Origin: a virus
Virus record (IMG/VR): IMGVR_UViG_3300010224_000001
Location: 258,571 to 322,570 of that record
Reading direction: 5' to 3' (one strand)
Length of the DNA: 64,000 nt
Each line of letters starts with the position of its first letter. Position 1 is the first letter of the stretch. Shown here piece after piece: positions 1-8,576 of the stretch. The notes under the pieces were generated by a model. That model was not told where the DNA came from, searched no databases, and saw only the letters and a list, made by a program, of their open reading frames with translations. The translations under genes were made by a program, and so were the position numbers.

Positions 1-289
1 CCAGGACCTGCAGATCGCGATCAATCGATTCATCCACCCAGGTCGGGAGAGGCACGATCGACAGCAGGGCGTCACGACCCATGAAGCCAACTGCAGGCCA
101 GCCACTCATCACAGCGGCTTTCATAAACCATTGTTTCATGCGCAGTTCATCTTCATCCGAAGTCGACATGGTCTGCGCGCCATGATTTTGTTGGTAGTAC
201 AGATCCAGATAATCGTCGATGCTAACGAGAACCGACGGGTGATTCAGTGAGCGATCTTTGTAATCAGGAAGGGTAACTTGTTGTGCCAT
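1..289 (-). CDS. hypothetical protein (runs off the left edge; MAQQVTLPDYKDRS...)
   Basis: ATG at 289 preceded by GGAG; frame stays open to the window edge; not in the ORF track. Confidence 0.7.
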   Translation of the reverse strand, partial: MAQQVTLPDYKDRSLNHPSVLVSIDDYLDLYYQQNHGAQTMSTSDEDELRMKQWFMKAAVMSGWPAVGFMGRDALLSIVPLPTWVDESIDRDLQVL

Positions 290-324
290 GACATTCTCCA
301 AGTAAAGTGTAAAGTAGTAAAAGG

Positions 325-789
325 TTATTCGCTGAAGGTGAGCGTGTCGATACCCATACCGCAGACGGGGCTGTGTTTAGTCGCAATCTCCACCGCGCGT
401 CGAGCATCCGCTCCCATTTCTAAGGCACCTGCTGCCAAGTCAGAGCCTGCGCCAATTGCCGTGAATGGTTGTTCATTTTGCCACGGCACATGGCTGTTTT
501 CGTAAATGTAGGTACGATGACCTTTTTCATCATCTCGAGCAATGCAAAGGATGATGTTTCGTTTCTCGGGATCCTTTTGGTTCTCAGGCATTCTATCCTG
601 AGCAAACCCAGTTTGAGCCCATTCAAATACTGCTTGCGCAGTTACGGTGTGACCAGACACACCTACCAACATCTCATGACCTTCCACGACAATCTTACGA
701 ATCTTCGTGATCCGTGCATTCGGGCCATGAAAATTGAAATTCATCTTGTCAGCTGCAAGCGTCTTACCATCCCAGACAATAACAGTGAT
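325..789 (-). CDS. HslV/proteasome-beta-like Ntn-hydrolase peptidase, probable ATC start
   Basis: Extending the track ORF upstream gives (M)TVIVWDGKTLAADK, an Ntn Thr1 strand with A-D; also K, GVSG and AIGAGS motifs; GGAGG 5 nt before ATC (787-789). Confidence 0.75.
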   Translation of the reverse strand: MTVIVWDGKTLAADKMNFNFHGPNARITKIRKIVVEGHEMLVGVSGHTVTAQAVFEWAQTGFAQDRMPENQKDPEKRNIILCIARDDEKGHRTYIYENSHVPWQNEQPFTAIGAGSDLAAGALEMGADARRAVEIATKHSPVCGMGIDTLTFSE

Positions 790-804
790 AATAGCCTCCG
801 TTTT

Positions 805-1356
805 TTAAGATTGATTAAAGCTATTCTTCTTTTGAAGATTAGGTAAAGCTGGAATAATGCGAAGATTGTTTTCAACATGCAAACCTGATACATTCTTTCC
901 TTTTAATGGAACTTCATGATCAACGTGCATTTGAATGCCAGTCTCCCTAGTCTCTTCTTGGGCCTGCTTATAGATAGATTTAATCTTTTCTTTATCAGCC
1001 CAAGGAGGTGTTGCTTGTTTCTTTTCTAACCGTTGCTGCGCTGATCTTTTAGCATCAGCTTCTTTGTTGTTTTGTTGCCAATCACGACTTTGCTCCCGAC
1101 GTTGTTCGCGATGAGACTCGTTGTATCGATCCATAACCGCTTTAGCTGCTTCTGGGTTATTAGCTTTCCATCGAGCCTGTTTTTCTGCACCCTTCTCGGG
1201 ATTATTCTTTTGATACGCTGCTTGAATAGGTTTGCGACATTCATTGCAATCCGGTCGATATCCTGTCCTGCTAGCGCTCATCCGATTAAAACAACTCACA
1301 TCTTTAGTTACACCACATTTAGAGCAAGTAAGTGTGGTATAAACAATCACCGTCAA
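805..1356 (-). CDS. free-standing HNH homing endonuclease
   Basis: N-terminal CxxC...CxxC; C-terminal HVDHEVPL...LHVENNL...NLQKKN HNH motif; TTG start with AGGAGA. Confidence 0.9.
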   Translation of the reverse strand: MTVIVYTTLTCSKCGVTKDVSCFNRMSASRTGYRPDCNECRKPIQAAYQKNNPEKGAEKQARWKANNPEAAKAVMDRYNESHREQRREQSRDWQQNNKEADAKRSAQQRLEKKQATPPWADKEKIKSIYKQAQEETRETGIQMHVDHEVPLKGKNVSGLHVENNLRIIPALPNLQKKNSFNQS

Positions 1357-1367
1357 AACTTTTCTCC

Positions 1368-1733
1368 TTAAATGTAGCTAGTGTATACACGTACGACTGG
1401 TTCAAGACCACCAACAGCACGCAGTTCAGGAATAGTCATTGTCGAATACTCAGACAACTTTACCAGCCATTCTTGCGGAAAGTCTTTGGTATGACCATTG
1501 CGAAACTTCGAGACACAGGTCGAATTGATTTTGACACGTTTCAAAAGCGCACCACGAGTAAGTGTTTTGGTGGACAACTGAACGTGGTCTAGAAGTCGGT
1601 CAATGGTGTTAGGTAAAGGGAGCCATTTACCAGAAGGAAATTGGTTATTGCGATACAGCTTAACGCCATGTAATACTTTTTCTTCATGAGACGGATGATA
1701 ACAGAACATCTCTAGTTCATTCTTAATTGGCAT
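1368..1733 (-). CDS. putative XRE/HTH-like DNA-binding protein
   Basis: RGALLKRVKINSTCVSKFRNG...WLVKLS pattern resembles an XRE HTH. Confidence 0.45.
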   Translation of the reverse strand: MPIKNELEMFCYHPSHEEKVLHGVKLYRNNQFPSGKWLPLPNTIDRLLDHVQLSTKTLTRGALLKRVKINSTCVSKFRNGHTKDFPQEWLVKLSEYSTMTIPELRAVGGLEPVVRVYTSYI

Positions 1734-1757
1734 TACGCACCTACTTATAATTGTAGT

Positions 1758-2498
1758 TTAAGGAACGATTAACAGACCCAACACGTCAGTGCCGATATCG
1801 CCAGGATGACGTTGCTTACCTGTCCACGGATTGTACAGCCAGGCTACATGACCATGATAAGCACGATACTCGTCAGCGTAGTAAGGCTTTGGATGATCTG
1901 CGCCGGTAGCAGGATCATACCACATCATTTTAGCTTGCTCAGACTTGATATCTACTTTGGGATCGATGTTCGCCATACGTGCACGAACTTCATTGCATTC
2001 TCGTGCCTTGGCTTCTGCACGTTCCCAACCTTGCTTAGCGTACAGTTTAGAAGCACCCAACTCACGATGCAAGCGAAGGATCTCTTGTTTATCACGCATG
2101 TGTTCACGAGAGACTTCTGAATAAACACCATAACTGTCTTCGGCTTCAGCGCCGCCCTTATTAATGGCCCAAGCAACATTCATCAACAGAGTCATGCGCT
2201 TACGCATCGTGTCTACAACTTCTTGCAGCGTCTTACCAGCCGAATAGCGAAGCCATGATTGGATTGACTGCAATTCGTTATCAGGACCAGGCTCGCCAGT
2301 ACCGCTCCACAGTTTCAAGTAGTCCGCAAGATACTGAGGCACTTCCATCGTTACTCGCTTTAATTGCGTCTTAACCTCTACAGCAATACCGAGTCGTTTG
2401 TTTTCAGCCGCAATATGTTCTTCACTGCACTGACAGACATCGTCTTGATCGCCGCCACCTACAGTTAGGCAAGAGCGTTGATGTTGGAATTCATTCAT
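1758..2498 (-). CDS. hypothetical protein with C-terminal YDPxTG/YNPWTG module
   Basis: 246-aa ORF; C-terminal module shared with 3798..4919. Confidence 0.8.
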   Translation of the reverse strand: MNEFQHQRSCLTVGGGDQDDVCQCSEEHIAAENKRLGIAVEVKTQLKRVTMEVPQYLADYLKLWSGTGEPGPDNELQSIQSWLRYSAGKTLQEVVDTMRKRMTLLMNVAWAINKGGAEAEDSYGVYSEVSREHMRDKQEILRLHRELGASKLYAKQGWERAEAKARECNEVRARMANIDPKVDIKSEQAKMMWYDPATGADHPKPYYADEYRAYHGHVAWLYNPWTGKQRHPGDIGTDVLGLLIVP

Positions 2499-2620
2499 GC
2501 GTTTGGTTTCCCTTTCTTTTTGGTTTCGTTACCTGTTTTTGGTTTTTGTGGTTTACGCTTTCGCTGAAGCATAACCTTACGGCTATACTTCAACTTAGCT
2601 TCTAAAGTGTCATCAGTCAT
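2495..2620 (-). CDS. small Lys-rich protein (41 aa, MTDDTLEAKLKY...)
   Basis: ATGA overlaps with both neighbouring genes; fills the gap exactly. Confidence 0.6.
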   Translation of the reverse strand: MTDDTLEAKLKYSRKVMLQRKRKPQKPKTGNETKKKGKPNA

Positions 2621-2895
2621 GAAAGGCTAAATGGATAAGCTTCCGCTGCCTCGCCACGAGCAATCTCTGCGCGTGACTTCCACACCCACCAGAGACAGTC
2701 GATGTCGGCATCAGCATAACGTGTTTCGTTCTCACAATCTCTGCGAAGCAAATAAAGTTTTAAATCTGGATCCCCAAGAAGAATCTTGTCAATCATGAAA
2801 TCTTCAAAATCTTCTCGTTCCTTTTCTTCCTTTGCTTTGGTATTCTTGAGATTAGCTTCCGCTATATTGAGAACTGCTTGTATTGAGGCATCCAT
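2617..2895 (-). CDS. hypothetical protein
   Basis: 92-aa ORF in operon context. Confidence 0.7.
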   Translation of the reverse strand: MDASIQAVLNIAEANLKNTKAKEEKEREDFEDFMIDKILLGDPDLKLYLLRRDCENETRYADADIDCLWWVWKSRAEIARGEAAEAYPFSLS

Positions 2896-2907
2896 GATGA
2901 GCTATCC

Positions 2908-3366
2908 CTACACGACCTTATAACACGTCACGCCATTTTTCTTAAAGAAGGTATCCCAACCAGGAATACCAGGCGCACCAATAATTTCTTGAACACGGGC
3001 TTTGACCGCTTTGATAATCATCGTTCCGACACCTTTACGACGATTCTCACGTGAGACATACACGTAAAGAATACGACGCACTACCACGCCAACACCAACG
3101 GGCGTACCAAATTTATCAATAGCCAGATAAACATGGTGGGAACCGTTATGCTTGGTAGTAATGAGGGAACGATGCAAATTGCGATCTTTAATGAAGAGCT
3201 GATAGTCTAATGCAAGAGTAGCAGCTTCATCAGTAGATAGTCCTTTTGCAAGACTATAATTTTGAACAGGCATTTCGTCAACCAAAGTTAGTAAACTCAT
3301 ATGGTTTATCACTTCGGTATCGTTTTGGACGGTCTCCAACGAAATGCTTGCAAGTTGTGCGTTCAT
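2908..3366 (-). CDS. GNAT-family acetyltransferase
   Basis: YVYVSRENRRKGVGT acetyl-CoA binding motif A; FFKKNG motif B. Confidence 0.75.
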   Translation of the reverse strand: MNAQLASISLETVQNDTEVINHMSLLTLVDEMPVQNYSLAKGLSTDEAATLALDYQLFIKDRNLHRSLITTKHNGSHHVYLAIDKFGTPVGVGVVVRRILYVYVSRENRRKGVGTMIIKAVKARVQEIIGAPGIPGWDTFFKKNGVTCYKVV

Positions 3367-3402
3367 TATGGTTGTGTGTAGTTGGTTATTATAGACGTGT
3401 TA

Positions 3403-3795
3403 CTAAGCGGCTGCTACGTTACTGGCAAGTGCGGGATGTTGGCCTGTGCTGAAGAACGTGTTGATATGTTTAGAAATCGTAACAGCAGCAACTTGAGTTT
3501 TCGGGTAATGAAAACCTACCATCTTAAACGCTTCGTCTTTAGCCAGATCATGACCAAAGCCGACTGTCCATTTATCTTGATCATGCTTACATTGCGTGAT
3601 CTCAACAAACCTTACACCAGTGTGCTGACTGAATGGAGTGGAGTTAACACCAAACCGAGTTACGAACAGACGCATATACACGTCTTGGATGGAGACACAA
3701 TGCAAGTAATACTTCTTCTTGCTTTTGAGTTTCTTCTCTACCAAAGGACGAATAGTCGCTGTTAGTAATGTTAGAGCGGACGAATAAGACGCCAT
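3403..3795 (-). CDS. hypothetical protein
   Basis: 130-aa ORF directly after the upstream gene. Confidence 0.7.
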   Translation of the reverse strand: MASYSSALTLLTATIRPLVEKKLKSKKKYYLHCVSIQDVYMRLFVTRFGVNSTPFSQHTGVRFVEITQCKHDQDKWTVGFGHDLAKDEAFKMVGFHYPKTQVAAVTISKHINTFFSTGQHPALASNVAAA

Positions 3796-3797
3796 TG

Positions 3798-4919
3798 TTA
3801 TTCCTTGTTGTCACCGTATTCAATATTAAGACCGAAAGGATCGTCTTGAATCTGTTGTTCAGTACGTTCTTTACCAGTCCATGGGTTATATCGCCACACT
3901 ACATCTAAGAAGACGCATTGTTGACGAAGTGTGCTACCGTCCCAATCACGACCGCTGATGTTTTCACCAGTCACTGGGTCGTAACTGATTCTGACGTTGT
4001 CAATATGTAAAGCATCGCCCGGTTCACGCTTCTTAACGATAGCGCGCTCATGAGACAGATCAATCGGCATTATAACACTGCCGACTTCAGGACCACCAAC
4101 TTCAACCACCTGGAGCTTAACAGTCCCTGTTTTCTTTAACAGAACATTCTTACGTTTGGGGAAGTTAAACAACCAGCTAATTACTTTAACGGCATAGTGC
4201 GAACGACCGTAGTAGACATGCGCACGATTCTTATGGCTAACCGGGTAATAGGAGTTGTGACTTTGACCACTCGATGCTTCATTGATATCGCCGGTCCATT
4301 TAGAAATAACACGACTAGCTACATGTGGATCTTCATAATGCACGACACTAGCTGAATTACGTTTTCGCGTCCAAGTCCCTAATGAATGTCCTTTCTCTTG
4401 CATTTCGTTTTGATGCGCGTAATAGTAACGAACATCGTCAATGACCTTAACGATCATGTAAAGTGGTGGCGGATTAGGATGAGTGATCTTGTACATAAGT
4501 GCTTGAGCGTCCCAAATAGCGCAATGCTGCACCGCTCCTCTGAGTCGAGTTGGATAAGCATCAATGCGGCGCACGTCAAACTTAATACCGGGGATATTGA
4601 TCATCGTACCTGGACCAGTCAGAAGTAGCTTACTAAAGTATGCGACGTCATCAGGCCAGTCAGTAATGATTTCGATATGGTTATCACCTGCGAAGAACTT
4701 CTCCAAGTCTTCCTGAACTTCTTTATTAGTCCTCCAGCGAATCGGAATAGGACCAGAATTAAGAAACGGTAGTACATTCTTTGCCACCCAAGGATCAAGA
4801 GAATTTCGAGCAGTATCTTTAAAACCCACATACATAGAAACCAAATCTTCGCGGACTAACGCCATGGAGATTAATTCACCCATGTAACCATCAAACTCAA
4901 AATCGAGTGTGTATTGCAT
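3798..4919 (-). CDS. DEDDh 3'-5' exonuclease-like domain fused to unknown domains
   Basis: LDFEF...LISMALV...D...HCAIWDA ExoI/II/III-type motifs in the first ~145 aa. Confidence 0.7.
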   Translation of the reverse strand: MQYTLDFEFDGYMGELISMALVREDLVSMYVGFKDTARNSLDPWVAKNVLPFLNSGPIPIRWRTNKEVQEDLEKFFAGDNHIEIITDWPDDVAYFSKLLLTGPGTMINIPGIKFDVRRIDAYPTRLRGAVQHCAIWDAQALMYKITHPNPPPLYMIVKVIDDVRYYYAHQNEMQEKGHSLGTWTRKRNSASVVHYEDPHVASRVISKWTGDINEASSGQSHNSYYPVSHKNRAHVYYGRSHYAVKVISWLFNFPKRKNVLLKKTGTVKLQVVEVGGPEVGSVIMPIDLSHERAIVKKREPGDALHIDNVRISYDPVTGENISGRDWDGSTLRQQCVFLDVVWRYNPWTGKERTEQQIQDDPFGLNIEYGDNKE

Positions 4920-4975
4920 ATTCTTTATTTCCCTATGTTAATAGATTTTCTATCCATTTGATTACCATAGGAAAT

Positions 4976-5017
4976 AAAAAAAGAAAAGAGGGAGAGATTT
5001 ATCTCTCGCCTCCTTTC
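4976..5017 (-). terminator. intrinsic terminator
   Basis: GAG(G)-GAGAGAT/ATCTCTC stem followed by a T-run on the minus strand. Confidence 0.65.
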
Positions 5018-5026
5018 AAACAACAA

Positions 5027-6103
5027 TTATTCAACAAAGCCGAGTTTCGTACCGAAACGATTGATGGCTTGGCGCGCGCCGTACTCATCGGACAGCACTT
5101 CAGCAAGTGACCAGCTGTGACGACCAGTGTAGTCCAGAGGAGGTTTACCCATATCAGAACGAACCACACCTGCTTCTTCGTTTGACAAATGACGGAATTC
5201 GAGAATGTCGAAGCAACGACCGGCACGTAGCAGAGCCTGATCGATACGATTGACTGAGGGCAGATTGGTAACGAATACGATCTTCTTACCCTTGCGTTGG
5301 ACCACACCGTCCGCAGCATTCAAGAGCGACGACATCAGGAAGTTATCGTCTTCACGTTTACCCAGATGACGATCGATGTCTTCGTAGCCCAGAATGCGTG
5401 CTTTGGGATGCTGGAAGAAAGTCCTGAGCAGCGCAGGCGATTCAACCACCTCTTTGTTGTAAGCCAGGAACGCCTGATAGTTGCCATGCGCAATAAGGCT
5501 GCGCAAGAACGTCGACTTGCCAGTACCGGCATCACCAAACATTACTAGGATCGATTCTTCTGCATCCATGAACGATTGGTAGTATTCTTCGAGAGGCACC
5601 GAAAGCCACGGATAGAAGCTTTGCTTTGCCATCTTGAATTCACCCTCAGGGATGAAGGTCTTATCGGTTTCGACACGACCGTGTGAGTCGAGTTCAGTAG
5701 CGGTATGAATCACCGAACCCAACGTATTGAAAGTGTCTTTGAACCATTGGGCGATCGACTCGCATTCAAGCTGATCACCTACAGCCGTCATATCTGCGGT
5801 ATGATCGCCGCCAGAGAAGATGGTGAAATCCACCATGTTTTCGATATGATTCTGATGTTCTTTGGCTTTCAAACCAAAGATACCAAGACGGTTTTCGACT
5901 GTGAGATAACCGCGCTGTTTCAATTCAGCCAAAATCTTCTCTCGCGTGATTCCTGTATCGAGAGAGAAACGCGTCAACTTTTGATTGACGGACGACAGTC
6001 CTGCTTCTAGGCGTGACAGCACAACCAGCTGAGGCCATTGAATGGACTTCTGTGATGTGTAAGTAATTTGATCAATGAGAGATTGGAGCGGAATGTTTTT
6101 CAT
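5027..6103 (-). CDS. classical-clade AAA+ ATPase
   Basis: Walker A GDAGTGKST, Walker B LGYEDID, LLNAADG, sensor-1 VTN, SRH DQALLRAGRCFD. Confidence 0.9.
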   Translation of the reverse strand: MKNIPLQSLIDQITYTSQKSIQWPQLVVLSRLEAGLSSVNQKLTRFSLDTGITREKILAELKQRGYLTVENRLGIFGLKAKEHQNHIENMVDFTIFSGGDHTADMTAVGDQLECESIAQWFKDTFNTLGSVIHTATELDSHGRVETDKTFIPEGEFKMAKQSFYPWLSVPLEEYYQSFMDAEESILVMFGDAGTGKSTFLRSLIAHGNYQAFLAYNKEVVESPALLRTFFQHPKARILGYEDIDRHLGKREDDNFLMSSLLNAADGVVQRKGKKIVFVTNLPSVNRIDQALLRAGRCFDILEFRHLSNEEAGVVRSDMGKPPLDYTGRHSWSLAEVLSDEYGARQAINRFGTKLGFVE

Positions 6104-6128
6104 GTTGGATGTATAATTGATTGTTATT

Positions 6129-6153
6129 AAAAAGGGAGAGCAAAAGCTCTCCC
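6129..6153 (-). terminator. intrinsic terminator after the chimallin-like gene
   Basis: GGGAGAGC-TTTT-GCTCTCCC followed by TTTTT. Confidence 0.85.
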
Positions 6154-6166
6154 ACTTATGACGCGA

Positions 6167-7867
6167 TTACATAAAGCCGCTATCTACACGTTTGGTGACC
6201 TTCAGGATATTCACCAAGGTGTATTTGAAACGAACGCCACACAACTCAACTGCACGGTTTAACGCCGTTACGAATTCAGGACGAAGAGAGATGCGCTCGC
6301 TGATTTCGTAAAGAGAAAGCTTACCCGGCACTGTCATATGTTTCATAGCCAGCGCAGTATAGATCTCCATACGCTTTTCAACGATGCTGTTGATATCAAC
6401 ACCCATGTGGTTAGTAGCTTTATAGCCAGAGGGAGCTGTAAACATGCCGTTAATACCTTCGTCATTATGGACCTTACCCGTCGGAGAATGGCTATTGATG
6501 TACTCGTCCATTTCCTTGGAATCCATACTCGAACTAGCATTCAAGAAATGGAAGTTCCGCAAGTCCTGCACGCCGACGTTAGTAATAACATCGCCAATGG
6601 TAACTACTTCATTGGTGTGATAAATTACACTCTCAGGCGCTAAGGAATTGTCATTGAAGTACCGGTCAAAACCGCCGTTCGTGAAATTGTTGATGATGGT
6701 TCGCATTTCACGATGTGCTCCTTCGCTACCATTTTTTAGTGCCGCCAACATCCCCAGCAGATCTTCCGACGAACTTGCCAATGATGGGTAGTCGAAGGAA
6801 ACGATTGCATTCTCATGACATGCCTTACGCATGAATTCAAGCACATTGTTTTCATCAACTTGCTCGAACTCCTTGCTGATCCGTTTGTTACCCCCCAAAA
6901 GTTTATTAACGCAGAGAATGCCATCCGAGTCTTTAAGGTTAGTGAAACCGTTAACCCAAATATACTCGTTATTGATCTTCTGCACCGAAGCCAAAATGGT
7001 AAGAAGGACTTCGTTATCAGAACCTTCAGTGCTTACCGCGGTTACGATAAAGCGAGGAATATACTTCTTAACTTCATCCTTCCCATCCCAGACCAAATCG
7101 AAATAACCATACGCAGTACCGAGTGGCGAGTTGGAGTTGTACACCGGATGATTGATTTGAGCACTTACTTCGTAAAGACTGATTTTAACATCAGCCCGGA
7201 CCGGCGAACCGTAGTAGTTGTGGATCTTTTCTTGACAGTTAAAATCGATCTCCACATCAAAACGGCTATTTCTCGAAACCTCGGCCAGATTGAAAGGAAC
7301 GAATTCCTTGTCATTGCGACTCATGCCGGTGGAGATCTCAGAGAGTGCTTTATTGCAAAGCGCCATTACGGTTTCAGAATTGCAGAAATCAACTTCCCAG
7401 GGAATGTAAGTTTCACCGCAGTGGATAGCAGGAGCACTTTCCTTTTCAAGTAACTCATTACGAATATACTGATTGATATCAACCATGAATTCACGATGAA
7501 TAAGGTCGACAGCTTGCCGCGAAACCAGCGGCTTCTGGGTTCTGTTGAACAAGGTCGCGCCGTTTGGCGCCTGAGCCGGAAGATGAATGATGTGGTAGAA
7601 AAGCTGCCCGCTATCCTGCGGACGAACTGTCATCAGAATTGCGGTGAAGACGCCATCGTTTTTGTAATCGAAAGGGAAGGCACCGACGGACACATTCGAC
7701 ATCATGCTCTCTGCTTCGCTAGCGAACGCATCCAGTTTGGTTTTGAATTCCGTCAGGAGACTGTTGCTAGACTTCGGACCGAAAGCGTGGCGTTTGAATA
7801 AATCTTTGAAATGATTACGCGGTTCTTGTTGGTTTTGATAGCCTTGCTGTTGTTTGCTGTTTTCCAT
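6167..7867 (-). CDS. chmA: divergent chimallin (phage nuclear shell protein)-like protein, probably a paralog
   Basis: Colinear motifs matching recalled 201phi2-1 ChmA: Q-rich N-terminus, GETYIP, PFNLA, GSPVRADV, INNFTNGGFDRYF, ERISLRPEFVTALNRAVELCG. Confidence 0.75.
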   Translation of the reverse strand: MENSKQQQGYQNQQEPRNHFKDLFKRHAFGPKSSNSLLTEFKTKLDAFASEAESMMSNVSVGAFPFDYKNDGVFTAILMTVRPQDSGQLFYHIIHLPAQAPNGATLFNRTQKPLVSRQAVDLIHREFMVDINQYIRNELLEKESAPAIHCGETYIPWEVDFCNSETVMALCNKALSEISTGMSRNDKEFVPFNLAEVSRNSRFDVEIDFNCQEKIHNYYGSPVRADVKISLYEVSAQINHPVYNSNSPLGTAYGYFDLVWDGKDEVKKYIPRFIVTAVSTEGSDNEVLLTILASVQKINNEYIWVNGFTNLKDSDGILCVNKLLGGNKRISKEFEQVDENNVLEFMRKACHENAIVSFDYPSLASSSEDLLGMLAALKNGSEGAHREMRTIINNFTNGGFDRYFNDNSLAPESVIYHTNEVVTIGDVITNVGVQDLRNFHFLNASSSMDSKEMDEYINSHSPTGKVHNDEGINGMFTAPSGYKATNHMGVDINSIVEKRMEIYTALAMKHMTVPGKLSLYEISERISLRPEFVTALNRAVELCGVRFKYTLVNILKVTKRVDSGFM

Positions 7868-7917
7868 GATGATTTTCCTTTATTGATGAATTGAGTTGAT
7901 ATCGAGAGTACGTCATA

Positions 7918-7941
7918 AAGGAGTAGTTTTCACTACTCCTC
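7918..7941 (-). terminator. hairpin terminator
   Basis: AGGAGTAG/CTACTCCT inverted repeat followed by TTTATGACG. Confidence 0.7.
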
Positions 7942-7952
7942 GTTGTTATTAT

Positions 7953-8447
7953 TTAGTCGTCCAGGTAAGTCTTTTTGGGTTGCGCAGCCGGACGACCACG
8001 GTAACCGTCAGGACCCTTCTCGACGAGATCACGAAGGGTGTAGGTATAATCAGCATTTACGATCCGCATCGACGACTCTGGTAATTTGACGATGTACCAG
8101 TAATCGCGAGCGAATGCCAAGGTAATGCCAGCTTCGAAGAGCTTGTCCGAAAGCACTGCGTAGTATTCACGCAGTGCAAGATTAGCCATCGCATCTTGGA
8201 ACATCATGCCCAATTCAATGCCGAGAATCTCGACCATCGCATCTTGATCGACAGGCACGACGTAACCCATGTAATCATCAGGCATCGGACGCACTGCAGG
8301 TTTACCAGGTTCTTGCCAGCCACGTTTACCAATCACCTGACGAGTGTCGTTACGATAGCAGATCGCTGCAATGACGCGCACTGCTTTAGTGGGCGTTAGC
8401 GGAACTTGTGCTTCGTGTTTGGAAGTCGAACGGAAAGTGTGAGACAT
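7953..8447 (-). CDS. hypothetical protein
   Basis: 164-aa ORF with AAGGAG RBS. Confidence 0.75.
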   Translation of the reverse strand: MSHTFRSTSKHEAQVPLTPTKAVRVIAAICYRNDTRQVIGKRGWQEPGKPAVRPMPDDYMGYVVPVDQDAMVEILGIELGMMFQDAMANLALREYYAVLSDKLFEAGITLAFARDYWYIVKLPESSMRIVNADYTYTLRDLVEKGPDGYRGRPAAQPKKTYLDD

Positions 8448-8540
8448 TTATAACTCCTTTAAAAGGCACTCCATTTACAACAAAAAAGTAAGTCTACACA
8501 TCGTCGTTATAGACGTGCTCCATGTAGACTTACTGCTACC

Positions 8541-8576
8541 ATTCAGACTAGTGATATAGGTCTGAATTATTCTAGA
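8541..8576 (-). promoter_or_regulatory. putative early (virion RNAP) promoter, TCTAGA...TATATCAC
   Basis: Resembles the phiKZ early TATATTAC consensus; the motif recurs at 16637 and 36860. Confidence 0.6.

Noticed and set aside
6167-7867. Major capsid protein paralog
   Set aside because: The motifs align colinearly with chimallin instead.
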